A stretch of DNA of 64,000 nucleotides from Phoronis australis (taxonomy: Eukaryota > Animalia > Phoronida). Each line of letters opens with the position of its first letter. Within the stretch, counting starts at the first letter, position 1. This document shows, piece after piece, positions 12,201 to 27,200 of this stretch. Where the stretch lies: NCBI GenBank assembly GCA_002633005.1, contig NMRA01000010.1, positions 2,014,924-2,078,923 on the forward strand, read 5' to 3'. Position numbers and translations under genes: made by a program. The notes beneath the pieces are model-generated. The model made no database searches and was not told where the DNA came from. It was given only the letters and a program-made list of their open reading frames with translations.

Positions 12201-15200
12201 TCGAGAAGTACCAATTATGTTGTTATCCCTGAGGTATGGTTAGATTTCAAAAAAACTACACGATTCAACCTCTTACTTTTTCTCTCAACTGTAAATCATC
12301 GCGTGGCACTTATATTTGATTAAAATGCTTTTTCAATTAAATCGTTTTGATGTTAATTTAGGCAAGTAAAGCAAATTATTCTGGCATGTTTTCAAAATCA
12401 GTATGACTTTCGATAAGTGTTGAGTGGGTCCATTGTTATTTTTACATGCACATTTGTTCGGATGAATTTTTGTGGTTGTTACCCTTTCATTAAATAGATA
12501 TCAGTTACATAGTTTTCAAGCGATCTTGGTTTGCATAAAGGTGCATAAGACACTTTTGTGTTGGGACGCATGGCCATAGATATGCCCTAGATTTTTTATT
12601 GTTACCCTAGACCTGCAGCCCATTATAATTTTATTAGGTACGATGTATAAAACTTTTACTCTTTTGTTGTATTGAGTGATTTTGACGTTTGGTGTTTTCA
12701 CAGATGGAGCGGTATAACTACCTGTGTGACATTCTTATCTCATCACACTCCCCTGTGTTGTTAGTGGGTCAGCCAGGTGTGGGCAAGACATCGTTAGTCA
12801 AGGTAGGTTTAGTCTTTGAATAAATGGTAGAAGATTGTATGATTTTATAACCAACTATTCATGATTAGGGGAATGCTTATTTCTTACATTTTATAACTCA
12901 ATAATAGATTAGCACAATTGGTGGACAGTAGTTCAACAAAATTTATTTTCAACAATTGGTCATTATTAGCTTGGTTTGGTTAGAGTAGGTGTTATGAAAC
13001 AACATTTGAAAAATAGAAAAATAAATTTTGATTATATGAAATAAATGAAGAATTATGATGTGAAATTATGATGTGAAACTATGATGTGAAATTATGATGT
13101 GAACATCCTATGGAGTAGGTCAATTTTACATTCTCCTTTAATTGGTTTATTCTTGTTGCACTATTCTCATACTTGAGTCATGGAAGCAAGCAAAAATATA
13201 TTGATTAATTGGTATATAATTTTGTTGTTATAAATCACCATGTTGATATCATGTAAGTAAGAATTATTAGTTGCCAACAGTGTATGAAGTCTAATAATTC
13301 TTACTTATCGATAAATTGTCTTTCTGTTGAGTAATTGTTTATCACATGATAGAAAATTGTAATACACAGAATCCATTTTTTGTCCACAGAACATGGTTGG
13401 CTCAAAGCACACCTACGTTCGCGTGAACATGTCTACAGACATGAACCCTGACATTTTCCAAGAGCGCATCAGCACGTTTGTTCACGACCTCAATCAACGC
13501 TCAGCTGACAACCTTATGCCATCCTCCAAGACCACGCTGGTGACAAATAGGTGCAAGGACCGCCTGCTTTTCTTCCTGGATGACCTCAACATGGCAGGTG
13601 TTGATGACATGGGTAAGATCAGTTAAATTCAACAAAGCCTTGACTCAGCAAAGTTTTTGTCAATAACTTTGATGATGTGAGGATTTTTTGAAAGAAGAAC
13701 AGCCCTAGAAATTGCTTGTACCCATTTACTAGCATGACCAAACTCAGATGACAGAGACACCTGTGTGCAATGCTTGATTATCTGTCAGTAAAGCCAGGAT
13801 TTGAACAGGTGTCTCCCTAACAGGAATGGGGAGCACAAACCACTGAGTCACACTGCCTCCTGTAAGAATTGGTTATTGATTTTTCGTTGCACCACTTTGA
13901 AATTGGTTGTCTTATGTCTCTACAAGATGTCTGTTGTTTCTTTTCAACCTTAACCATAGCTCTTAGAAAGGCAATGGGCTTCATTGTACAATAATGTGTC
14001 GTTTGAACCACGGTCACAGAATCGACGATTAAGTCAGTTTTAGTAAAAATCCACCCTCCAAACTAATTTAGTTTTTAATTTCACTATCTACCGTTGAAAA
14101 TTTGGTATCAACTAGTACGACACTGTTCCTTGCTTATGTTTGGAGTGGTTTCTTGGCTTGTTAATGACTGGCAGAGTGTTATTGGATTAGACCAGACAGG
14201 TTACACTAACTTATTGAGTCTCAATTAATGCGAGTAAACTAAGTTGAGATCAGTTTTAGGCTGTCAGTAATTTGTCAAGAAGCCTGAAAGCTTTTTGACA
14301 AATTACAAGTTCGCAGTAATTTTAAGAAGTTAATGAGAGGTCTGTTCACTCTTCAACAACTGCATGAGCTGGACCTTTAGAATGGCCGCTGAGGGTCGCA
14401 CACGCTTCATCAAAAAACTTACAGTCAGTGGTCTTTAGTATAGTGGGCCCTGCTCTGAACATCTCTTCAGCTTTTATTTCTTCTTGTACTATAGGAAACC
14501 AGCCGACTCTAGATGTCCTGCGGGAGGTAATCAGTCAGGGCAGTGTCTACGACCGACAGCGACTAGTTTATGATAATGTATCGCAGGCCAAGTTCATTGC
14601 TGCCTGTACCACACCAGGAGTCACCGGTGAGACACGTTTCTTTTTGTCGATTTCCTCAACCCATTACTAAAGAAATAATGAGTTGACACCGTGGCTTTTG
14701 CTCAAAATGTACCTTGAGTAAATATGTTTGAGGACTGCTTCAGCTGACCAAACTCAGTAATATCAGGTTTTGGCCTCTGAGTAGGGAACCGATTCACCAT
14801 ACCTTTCCTATTCATTGCAAACTAATACTGGCTAGTACATAAATGAACATATTTGTAATTTGCAATGGCTTCAAAAATATAGATTTTTTCAGTTAAAGGG
14901 TATATTTTCTGGAAATACGAAGTCTGTAGAACTTGATGTTTGACTTCAAATCAATTTGCTCTTGACTGGGTCACGTGACTATGTCTTTTTAAGTAAAATT
15001 TAGCAAAAAAGATCAGCTACACCCATTGTGAAACAGCGGTATCAATATCATGACCAAATTTCATTTGATATATCAAGTGTTCGCGAGGAAATCTCAAAAA
15101 CGCTGCTACAGTTTCCTAAATTTCCAGAATTCTTTTTGTTCTAAGCAAGTTTTGAATACTTTATCAAAGTCATAAAAAGTCCCAATTTTATGGCCCCTTA

Positions 15201-18200
15201 TGCAAAAGAAGAACATTTCAAAAACAATTTCTAAAAATATTTTGGAGAGCTGTGCATGCAGCATGATATTTGAAAATTTCACGTGAATCCGAGCAGCCAT
15301 TTTGATAGATGATGTTCCGAAGTTTGCCTAATTTGGACATTTTTTAAGGGTCCTACAAAACCTTAAGTTTGTAATTTTTGTTCTAGGCTCAGGATATGGT
15401 TACTCGTGTCACCAGATGTCCTCACGTATCACCCGTCTCTTCACGGTACTTACAATGTTCCCGTTATCTGAAGATGGTGTCAATGGCCTGTACACCAAAA
15501 CACTGCACGAATGGCTCGAGGAGTTCCCAGCGTACTCAGTTGAGCACCACTATGAGTTTGCCAGGGTAGGTACAGCACAGTGTAGAAGTGAATGTCTGAG
15601 TGAGATCCATTAGACGACCATTGCTATTGCTAATGTCATCCTGTGTGGTGAGCTGTGAATAGTCAAGTGGCCTGGCATTCTCAGGCTTGCCTTTTGTTTG
15701 AAGTGGTTAATATTTGAAAGAGCCTTGTGTTCTGATTGTTACATGTATACAGTTTTTATTAGGCTTGACTTATCCCATTAACTTGATTGCATGTGGTGGT
15801 GTCAATTCTGCCCCGATTGTTGTTAAGCGTGGGATTGTATTTGGTCTGTTATGCGATAATAAGAGAAATGAATATATGCTGAATCACTACAAAATATTTG
15901 TTTTAGACCAATCACTGCTGGCATTATCAATGTATTGACTAGTATTTATTGTATCAATGTATGATGAAGGGAATTTCATGAGATTTTGAAATTTGTCTTA
16001 TAGCATTAGTAAATTGTGGCTAATTACTCGAAATGTTTCCAGGATTTCTTTTTGTCAACAAGACAGACGTTTGAGTTTAATCTCTCTTCTCTCTTCAATT
16101 TACCCTCCCACTGCTTTCCTACACTATATGTAGATTCTCTTCCCTGTATGGTGCACTTTTTATTGCCTGTCTTTCCAAAGATTTTTATTTCGTCTATTAT
16201 ACAGAATTTGTTAAATGCACGACACTTTTCATTGTTCACGGTCTTTATTCCGTTGCGTTCATACTTTCTGAACAAAGCTCTACTCTCAACTGAACATAGA
16301 TACAGTAACTGACCTAGCGACATAATTAAAAGACGCACGGTATTTCGAAACATACTTGCTCCCGAAGTACAGTCAGTTCTTCTATTATATATAATTTTTT
16401 CACTTTGTGCCACTATGTGTCAGTTAACTGCACTTTCTCTACCCCCAGGCCCTGACGCAGGGTGTCTTAGAACTCTACCGTCTGATCAAGCAGCGACTGC
16501 GGCCGACCCCCAGCCATTCCCATTACCTCTTCTCATATCATGACATCAGTAAAGTGATTCAAGGCCTCTTGCTTCTAACGCCAAAGTCCAAGTCTCGTCC
16601 CAAACCGCGATCTCGCAAAAACATGAAGAGCGCACGCAGCGCACACAGCATGCAGAGTGTTGACGTCAGTAAGTAGTGGTTAAGGCTGTCATAAATCTGA
16701 AAGCATCACATTTTACTCAAGATACGACTCAAAAATTGACCAATCAGAGGCATGCTTCTGTTAAACTTTTAAAGTTTACACTGTGTGATTGGTCAGTTTG
16801 TGAGTTGGTTGGTGAGAAAAGATTGAGGGACACTTCCAGTGACAAAGTATTGATTGTTACTGACAAGACCATAAAAATATAAAGGAAAGTCAATTCTCAA
16901 TGCATGAGTAACGTTTAAGAGTTTTTCTTTAATTAATTTGGGTGGTACTAAGCATCAAAATTGTGATTTTTCTTTTTTATCAAATTACCCAAGTGATAGT
17001 GAGGGAGTAGAATTTTAGCTATACATTTTTTGTTGAGAAATTTAAAAAATTTGAAGTAAGTTTCTGTTTGCTCGGAATTTTGACAAATTAATTTCAGACG
17101 AGGAGGATTATTATGGTTGGTACAGTTGATTCTAGTTGTGTTTGGTTTAGTTCGTTTAAACATATCTCAACAGTCGTAACCTGTTATGCTTTTGATTCTT
17201 CTTCTCTGTCATTTCGTTAACTATTGTTTACCAACACTGACACCTGTGTCTCACCTCTCTGCTTAACAGGATTGTCCAGAGACCGTGATGAATCCACCCT
17301 TGGTAACCATATAATTTTCATTTTTACTTTTACCGTAAAATGTTGACCATGGTATCATTATCTCAATACTTATCTTTAGCGAGGGTAACCAGATCTTACC
17401 CTTGGTGCAAAGCTGTATACTACATAATTATTTATACAGCTTTGCGCCGATGTGGTTAAAAAAAATGGTCAAACAAAATCTGACTCAAAATTTGTGTCAT
17501 TAATAGCTACACTGTTCCTTGAGTAAACTACGTTATTTACTGGTGCATTCTGCTGATATTCTGCTGCTTTAGTTGTGGAATGATCTTATGTGCCGGCTTT
17601 TAGCGGCATGAAATATAGCATCACCTATTGGCCAGTTTCTTTTTCGACAATTCTCTAATCAACCAGTTCTTCTTCCACCAGGTTGCGTATATGTCAAAAT
17701 AAATAAATGGAATTGGTTTCATTTTATTATACCTTTTAGTATTTTAATACCAGCAAACGAATTTCAGAGTAAATTTGCTGCTACAAAAATCCTCATCAGC
17801 CAAGAGATGCCGCAAAAAAATTTAACAAACGGCGTATGAATTGTCACGAGTGTACTGTTTTCAAATTGACAACAGACTTTTCGTTTTACAAAAGAATTGT
17901 GCAAGACAATGACATTTATTAGTTTGTTTTTCACTTAAACGGCTGTAACGGGGAAGGTGAGTGTCGGTTGACCCCCAGATTTTGCATGTACCCCCGCTGG
18001 TCGGTAGCTCTGTCAATATAAGTTTCACGATGAGGTGACGAGCGGATTGAACTACTTAGCTAAAAACAGTTGTTCCTAGCTTTATTTTGATGATAGACTT
18101 CACACAGCTATGTGGCTGGGTAAGCTACATTAGTGTTTGGCACTGTTTGCTATAAAGCCCGACTTGCCCTCCCGTTATTCTCTGCACATTCACACAACTT

Positions 18201-21200
18201 ATGACAGAACACAGGCACACAAGTGACAATATGTCCATCAATCTGCTAGGGAACACACAATTTAAACTCAGCTCAAACCACTACACTGTACTCTCCTCTC
18301 AAATCACGCAAGCCTATGATTTTATTGTTTAATTTATTCTTCAAATTTCTTATAGTTCTTCGTCTGGTTAGCGATTTCTCTGTTCTTTTGCTCAGTGTAA
18401 ACAGTACGAATACAGACACAGAAAGTGATAAATAAATCATGATTTCAGAGCTAGTGAGTAGCAAAAAAACCATCAGCGGAGACAGACAGGCGCGCTCCTA
18501 TGGGTGGGGCGGGCAGGCTGGGGTCAACACCACGCCCATCTCTGCACCCATGATGAGGGTGATCACAAGACTCTGGTGTCATGAGTGTACGCGAACGTTT
18601 GGTGACCGATTGACATCGGCTGAAGGTTAGTTATCCACCTGCCTTGTTGTCAACCATTGGCTTCTAGAGTTTTAATCAAGAATAACACGGTCACAGATGA
18701 TTCCTTGATTTAGGGTTTCTTCAACCGTTAACTTCTCAGATTAGATATTCTTAAATGAACCATTACTTTTTGTTTGGTGCACTTTTGTTAGTGTTCCGTC
18801 GTTTAAGGTCTTTTTAAGCATTTCTTGATACAAAAAGACCCGAACCAATATCCTGAAGGTAATGAAAATGGCTTTGAATTGATTGATTAAGATATTTCTA
18901 AATGATGAAAAACAAAAGTAATTCATATAAAGGGTGGCTTTTTAAAGTCAAATGGATGTGCACTTTGACCTGTCAACCACATGCCATAACAGTTAGTTTT
19001 AAATTGTCCCTGCCAGTCTTCCAGTGCAGGAACTCCTATGTCAACCAATATAGGAACACTCCATAGCGAATAGATGTACTTGCATATCGTGTATTTCAAC
19101 GTTATGTGTACAGTGTCTCCACCTAGTGATTGATATAATAGTTTAGTTACTATTTCCTCCTTCTGCACATCACTTTTGACCAGTCACAGGGATATATCAT
19201 TTCAAATCTTGTGTTTCAGACGTCCTATGGTTTGAGAAGACTTTGACGGACACAGTGGTGAAGTATCTTTGTAGTGACATGGAAAATCGTGGAGAACGCT
19301 CATTGAATTTGACCTCCATACAGGAGAGAGCCTTGGTGAGTTTTTCATGATTGCTCATCTCCTGGAGTTGGTGTCATCATACTTAAAAAATCATCTTTTT
19401 GTCACCGCTTTTTGAGTAATAATGGATTGCAAGTGGAAAGATCTCTGGCATATTTTTGAGATGCATGTCTGATATAACGCACTAGCATTTTGAGAACTAG
19501 TTTTCTCCACTGAATAACAGGCATCATCTGGTTCTCCAAATGCAGACACGTTTTGTCAGACTATGGTGTTTTTGTGTTCTGTTTCTTCCATAAATTCTGA
19601 AATCTTCAAGAAGGGTGGAAATTTGTAGGCTGCTTTTAATCAGTTGGCAAGCTGTTTCTGCTTCGTTCATTGTTGTGCCATGTATCATGTGTTTACACTA
19701 AATTCACAGAGCTGAGAGTAATCCTTACTTGAATGATATAAAAGCTAAAACTCCCTACATTATTCAACCCTTGCAAATATTCCAAGATTGCTAACAAGGT
19801 GGCAGCACTTGAGTATATTATGCAATCAACATTGACACACTTCAACAGTTTGTTGGATGTCTCAAATTCATGAATCTTAAGAAAGGCGAATTTTATGTTT
19901 TCGACGGTTTTATCTTTGACTTTGTTGATACTAAATGCTGTGCCCAGTATTTGAGAGATGTGATAACGCCAAAATCACTCATGTCTTAGTTTTAAGAATC
20001 AAGAAAATTCAACTTTAGCTTCAATTTCAGTTTCCCAAATTTTGGATATCGTCCCAAAGTGAAGAACTTTTGCTGAGTACACATTTCAAAGCTTGGCCAA
20101 GTTTGCACAAAGTTAGCTAAGTAATGTTTGATTTGATGACTTCTCAGGATGGCCAAGGAACACCTGTGTACAGAGGCACTCCTCCGCCAAAGACTGTACC
20201 ATCCCTGTCAACAGTAGCTCCCAGTGAGGACTCAGAGAAAGTGGCCACGGACAGTCCAGTACTTTCGCCAACTATGACGGGCGTGACTAGCGAGGGCGTG
20301 TCTCCAGTCACAGATGGGCTGACTGAGGTGACGGAGCCCACGTTGACGCAGAGTCCCACATTGGGTCTCACTGAGTCACAATCGCGAGGTATGGAAGCTC
20401 GCTAAATCATTCTGGGCTTGACTATTCAAAACTCACAGGGGGTAATAAAACAAATATCTTCTCAGACAAGACCACAAAATCATTTCTTAAGCTGTTTTTA
20501 CTTACAAAGGCCAGCTGGGATAGTTGTATGACTAAAATGGCAATGTCAACTTAAAAACTCCCTTGAAAGGTAAATTTCAGTAATGAGAGTTCTTAATATG
20601 ACAGTATACAAACATTTATGTCACTAGTAACTCAAGTCTGCGTCTTGTTCATGCAGGACTTGCTCACAATCTGTCCAGCAGATGGTATGGCAGTCTGATT
20701 CATAAACTGGTCCTTCCTGGTAAAAGTGGAGCTTTTATACGGCGCAGACACTTTTCTGTATTGCAATTCAATTTTGTTGGCAATTGTCTTAAGCAGAATT
20801 GATTTCACTTTTTAAAACTGGACCGTTGTGATGATATTGTATTTCACATGTTACTTTTTTGATTTGCTGTTTAGCTAAAAAAAATCAAACAGAAAAATGA
20901 AATTGTGTTATTTGCCTTGTGTTTTTATACACAATTATGTATTTCAAAATGTAATTAAAGATGTGACAGTAAAGAGGACTTTTTAACAAATGAATAAACT
21001 TGAGATAATGTTTAGGTGGTGGTTCAAGTGCTGGGGACATCACACCTCTAACAGAGACCTCTAACAGCCATGTTCGAACTAAGTCACCCTCCACCGAAAC
21101 CAAAGGGCTTCCAGAAAGCAGCACAAGTGTTAAATTTGAATCTGAGAATGAGACGGAGTCCGGAGACTCAGAAACTGAGTCGTCGAGTACAGAGGAGGCG

Positions 21201-24200
21201 TCGGCCAGTGAGGTGTCATCAGAGGAGAGTGTACATGCTGTTGAAGATGATGGTGTCCTGGAGCCTGTTGACAGTAAGGGCATGTTTAATTTTGTGGTGA
21301 TGTTTGTACTGCGGTGACTGATAGTGGTTCAATACACTGGGCTGTAACTGTTTGCTTGATATTTCCTTCCCATTTAACATTTTTTTAATTATTTTTTAAT
21401 CATTTTTTGACACAGTTTTAATTTTTGTATTGGTTAAAGTGTTTCCTTTTTGTTTTGATTCTGCAGTAACAGTGTTACTAATTTATTAACTTTCCATTAT
21501 TTATTATTATTATTTATTAACTTTTGATTAATCACTTCATAATTTAAAGTAGATTAAATTCTGAGAGGCACAATACTGGGTTATCATCGCCATTCCTTCA
21601 AAATTTGACTTGCGCACAACTCTTTGCTTGCGGTTCATCGTGATGATAGTGGAATTTTAGGTTATATTGTCCAATTATTTTCATCATGTTTTGTATATGT
21701 CTTAGAATTTAACACTTTTTGAAAAAGAAATTTCATTGAACTTGGCACGTTTGACCTCACAAGAGGCAAATGCTCAATTCATGATGATCAAAATTAAAGT
21801 TTTTGCTATTCTCATGTTTTGCTATTCATTTTATTTCAAAAAAAAATTTGATTAAAAGTGCTCTGACTTCTACTAGTCTCCTAACATTTTTTTGAATTTA
21901 AGCCAATCCCAAATGTATGCTGGTACCTCTCAGCATTTGTTCCACTTTATTAACTGCCTGATGATTTGGGGTAACCGTTTTGTTTCTTTCTGAGCGCATT
22001 TCACTAATATCTGGCTTAGGTTTTGTAGTTCAGAAATGAAATTTACCCAAAAATCCATTCATACTTTCGCTCATAAAGCTTCCACGCCACCACAGAGTGC
22101 AAAAAAAATCTTTAAATGTGTTTTCAAGTCATCTCACTATTAAGTATATAACATATAAACATTCTTGGCACCAATTTTACACAACTGTATGTTTCCAACA
22201 CAAGTTTCTTCTTCAACGCTAGAGTTTGTGACGCTCATGGTATCTGGAATACAGCGCATCTCACTTTTAATCTATGGTGTCTGTTTTACGTTCTTCCTAT
22301 TTACGTTCTCCCTATTTACGAAAACACAAACTGCCTAAGCCAGCTATTGGTCTCAATTGCCCCCTGCCCCCAACTAACCCATAACCATGTGTTCTGAGTG
22401 CCGTGTTGTTACCAGCCTCCCAACTACCCAGCGTGCCCAAGGCGGACACTGTACTCCAGTATCTCTCACGTCTGCCGGACCCGACTAGTTACACAGACGT
22501 ATTCACTGCCAGCACACCAACGTCTGTTGTCAGTTTTAGTCTCACAGGTAAACTTACGTCATGATGGTGATAATGTCAACAGCCGCGCGAGTGCTGCTCA
22601 TTTCTGGTCGCCAACGTACAGCATAGAACACTTTTGAGTTGTGTTTTGTACAATTACCAAACATAATTTAGAAAGATTTTTAAATAAGAAATTCTAAATC
22701 TCTAATATGTAATACAGTTGAGCAATTTGACTTTTTATTGTTATGATATGAAGTATTACTTCAACAGACTTTTTTCTTTATCTTATGTTGTTTGCTGTTG
22801 GATTATGTCTTGGTGTCCTGTGCTTCATTTTGCACTTTTTATTTTCTTTAAATAACAAAACCTGTGAACTAGTGATACATAGACGTGTTTGCTCAGATCA
22901 TTCATTTGATCTTGTTTGTTCCAACAGAGGCTAATGTTAAAAACCTAGTATGTAGTGCCATCTATTGTTTGGTAGTGGAACCCTTTGTTTTTGTTATTTA
23001 ATATAGGGAGTAAGGTTTCCTAAAACCATGGTCTGACTGAGGGTTCATCGATTGGCCCAGTGGGAAGAATCATCAATGCTAAATTGACCTATTTCTGTTT
23101 AACGAGTGCTGTTTTGTCTTTGCCTAATAAGTGCTGCACATGAAAAGCTATGTTACAGCAATGTAACTGACTGTTTCTACACACAATGTAACCATGTCAC
23201 TTCTCTGCTTCATTAACAAGTTTACACTTGCATTTTGAGCTTGGAGGGGTTAACTAGTCTGCATAGTGGCTTAACATTTGCAGACCACTGTAAATCAATG
23301 GGCCTTTTGAAATTTACACGCAATGTCTGTAAAAGCAATTCTTTGTGAACCCTGCTCTTAATCGTACTGTGCCAGTTGGACTGTGCCAGTTGGACTGTGC
23401 CAGTTGGACTGTGCCACTAGACACAGCTTAACGAAGGGTTTATGGTCCTGGTTAAGATGATAATTATTTTCTGACCCCTATGGATTTTGAATAGCCAAGC
23501 CCTGAATGTATATACGATGAGGGCCCCATGGAAAGCAGTTTGAACTGATAGGGCTACACTCATTGTAAATATTACATTTAATTAATAAATAAATAAATGT
23601 GTGTGTAGTTTAATGTTGTTTTATCGGCATTTTAAACCACTTCTTGTTATCTACCTTCCCCACAGAGGTCAGTGCAAGAGCTATGGCTAATGACTCGAAT
23701 GCTAAAAGCAACAGCACCATGAGCATTCAGAAGAAGAAGAGCTTGTTGAGGAGGGAGTCCAAACGGGCGGTCACTTTCAAAGCGGGTCTCATCGCTGACC
23801 GCGATGACAGTGAGTTCACTGGTGCCTTGATGACTCTGGATCAGGTAGGTTGTAGAAAATGTGTAATAAGTGTATAGTTTACTAGCAGTGGTTATAATGT
23901 TTGGACCTCTGCATATAGTGCATGTGTAGGCTGAACTTCCAGACAAAGCCCAGAGGCCATTTTGATAAAATAACTTTTTCAAGAACTGATATAGGAATCT
24001 AATTTTACAGTCTACAAAATAAAATGTGAAAAGTATTCCCTTAATTGTTAGCTTTTTGCTATGAGTTTGAGACAGTGAAACAAGACTGACAGAGGTCATT
24101 CTAATCGACTGGCAATAATTATCACATTGAAATTTCTTTGCACTTTTGGGTAGGCCTATATGAGGTTACTCAGATAAGCGCTCTATTATGCACTGGTGTA

Positions 24201-27200
24201 CTCAAGTCAAGTTCCCTCATTGTGTTACTCGACAAGTAGTTTACACAACAGAGGCCAGGACATATCAACAAATGAACAGCAGTTGCAATGCACATTATTT
24301 TTTCCTTCTGTTGTTGTAAACCGATTTTTGCCATTTAGACATTGAAAAAGTTCAATTTTCAATGACGGATTTAGTTTTATAGTCTGCAGTGTCTAAAATG
24401 GTTGGAAAAGAGTGTGACTGCAAACAGGCAGCAGTTGTCGCTGATAGTCATCTCTGTCCCTAATTGACCTATCACAAGCTCCGCCCCCTTGCAAAATGTT
24501 ACCAAACAAAAATAAATTTTCCTGACATTTTGATTGGTCAGTTGAGCTGTCACTCAAAATCCTGACGATAGGTCAATCCCTAAACTAAAGAAGCTGGTCA
24601 TTAAAGTCCAGGAACTGTAATAAGTTGCTGCATAATCCTTAATCCCAACCAGGAGCTGTAATAAGTAACTACATAATCCCTAATCCCAACCAGTAAGAAG
24701 CTCTTCATGGATACAAGTTTGGACATGAGATATAGTACCTGTTGATACAGATATATGTGTCTCATCCTTCAGCTTGATGTCCAGTATGTAGGATTTGAGT
24801 ACTTTCTATGTTGCAGATAAAAGGACCTGAAGAGAAGCTGACAGACTTCCTGTTCTCAAAGTTCATAATATCTACACACACTGAGTCAACTGGAATGGAA
24901 CCAGAAAAAGGTAAAAGTCAGCCATTTTTGTACTTTTTACATAAAAAGTTTATCTGTTTTTATTTTTAGTGCATCTTTACAAGACACTCAATTCTATTGT
25001 CATGGTGATGGATTTTTTTCAATTATCATTGTTTGTACTATCTCATAGACAATTAGTGTTTCCTTTGATTTTTTGCATGGAAATGAATTATATCGGGTAA
25101 GATTAATTGTTTTACTAGTCACCTATTATGTTTTTACAAGCTTCTGCAAAACTGTATCCTGGAGGTAGGTAAAGAGAGAGTGACATTAAATCGAACAGTC
25201 TCTTATCTGATCATGCATTTGTTCAAGTGTTCTCTTTCTGNGTAATAAGTAGGTACATAATCCCTAATCTCAACCAGTAAGAAGCTCTTCATGGATACAA
25301 GTTTGGACATGAGATATAGCACCTATTGATACAGATATATGTGTCTCATCCTTCAGCTTGATGTCCAGTATGTAGGATTTGAGTACTTTCTATGTTGCAG
25401 ATAAAAGGGCCTGAAGAGAAGCTGACAGACTTCCTGTTCTCAAAGTTCATAATATCTACACACACTGAGTCAACTGGAATGGAACCAGAAAAAGGTAAAA
25501 GTCAGCCATTTTTGTACTTTTTACATAAAAAGTTTATCTGTTTTTATTTTTAGTGCATCTTTACAAGACACTCAATTCTATTTCAATTATCATTGTTTGT
25601 ACTATCTCATGGACAATTAGTGTTTCCTTTGATTTTTTGCCTGGAAATGAATTATATCGGGTAAGATTAATTGTTTTACCAGTCACCTATTATGTTTTTA
25701 CAAGCTTCTGCAAAACTGTATCCTGGAGGTAGGTAAAAAGAGGATGACATTAAATCGAACAGTCTCTTATCTGATCATGCATTTGTTCAAGTGTTCTCTT
25801 TCTGTGACACATCCCAACTCTATGCATTGTTTTCCTATTGGTTGATCAAAATATGAATGCTTTGTTTGTATGACAGCTTAGAAGTCTTCACGGAATGTGC
25901 TGCTTTCAAGACTTTTCGTACTTTGTAGCCTATTATGTTGTTTCTTAATCGTAAACGTTTTACTTCTCGTACAGCGGTCAAAGGTAATTGTCAATAGGTT
26001 GCTGTTAGTTGCTTTTTGTTTGTTGGTTTTTATTGCGTTTGTGTGTCGTAAGGTCACTGGAATGCTGTTTTGAAAGGCTGGAATAAGCATTAATTCCAAT
26101 TTAGAAAAAGTCAATTAAAAGAACATAGGTTTAGAGCGGATTAATAGATTTTTGGGGTGGTTATTGTTAAGGTTATTAGCTTTGACAAGAACTTTGAAAT
26201 TTGAAAATTCAGACAATTTGGCTTCCAGTCATACAGTAGAATTAATTAAGTCGAGGCCAGTGACCTCATCAGTTAAATACTTTTAAAATACTTGGCTAAG
26301 TCTGTCGTGAGACTGATCTCAAATTCACGACACTGTTTCCTATAATGTTACATTAACATTCCTTTTATCTTGAGATTTTCGGTTTTTGTCTATCATCATT
26401 GATGAAACACACTTTTTTAATTTCTTTAAAAGGCACCATTTTGCTAGTGCATAAACATATATTACTTTGAGCTCCCCCTGTTGCAGGTTACATTGAGTCT
26501 GTTTACCCCATGCTGAAACATGCCTTGGACACATGTCTTCAGGCCTACAACCAAGGTACTAACCAGAAGGTGGAGCTAGTGTTCTTCAAAGAGGCTGTAC
26601 TGCATATTTGCAGGCTGACCAGAGTTCTGGTAAGTCTTGGAATTACAATAAGATTAAATCATGCGTTTTTGTCAGTTTTTTTCAAATTAATTCATATGCT
26701 TTGATCTTAAATTATGCGCATTCTTGATATCTTTTTGTTTCATTTTGTGTCGGTAGGCTCTCCCAGAATCTCATGCGTTGCTGATTGGACTGAGTCACTC
26801 AACAGGGCGCGCTACTCTAGCACGTCTTGCCGCCTACACTGCCAGTTGCAAGGTAAGGCATGTTTTTATGGAAAACATTAAACTTAAAATGACTTTTCAA
26901 TTCCATGTGATCGGTCTAAAGTAGTTGTAAGAGATTCATTGAATCATATAATTCTGCATTGTCAACACCAAATGGCTGTTGTACATCTTGAACTCTGGGA
27001 ACTATGAACTGGACATGCAGTCATCACCAATTTGAATTCTACTTACTCACAATGTTCAGGTTATTGTCCTGATAATGAAAACAAATATTTACTTTTGCCT
27101 TCTCAATACCACGGGCTGAGTGTGTACTGGCTTAACGTGTCATCCACCAAACAAAGTTAACACTTGTGGTTTGCCCAGGAACTTTGACCAACCCGAGTGG

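Larger units (their letters stand above)
24658..25804. repeat. About 580-bp tandem near-duplicate across a single N (probably two haplotypes)
   Basis: 24658-25240 nearly equals 25242-25804; n at 25241; scattered substitutions and an indel of about 20 bp. Confidence 0.9.

Noticed and set aside
16016-16413. ORFs similar to 41679-41876, suggesting a small gene family
   Set aside because: The similarity comes from the shared non-coding repeat; there is no splice or domain support.
20885-21300. ORFs 20885-21283 (-) and 21070-21300 (+)
   Set aside because: Antisense and wrong-frame shadows of exon 21016-21273.
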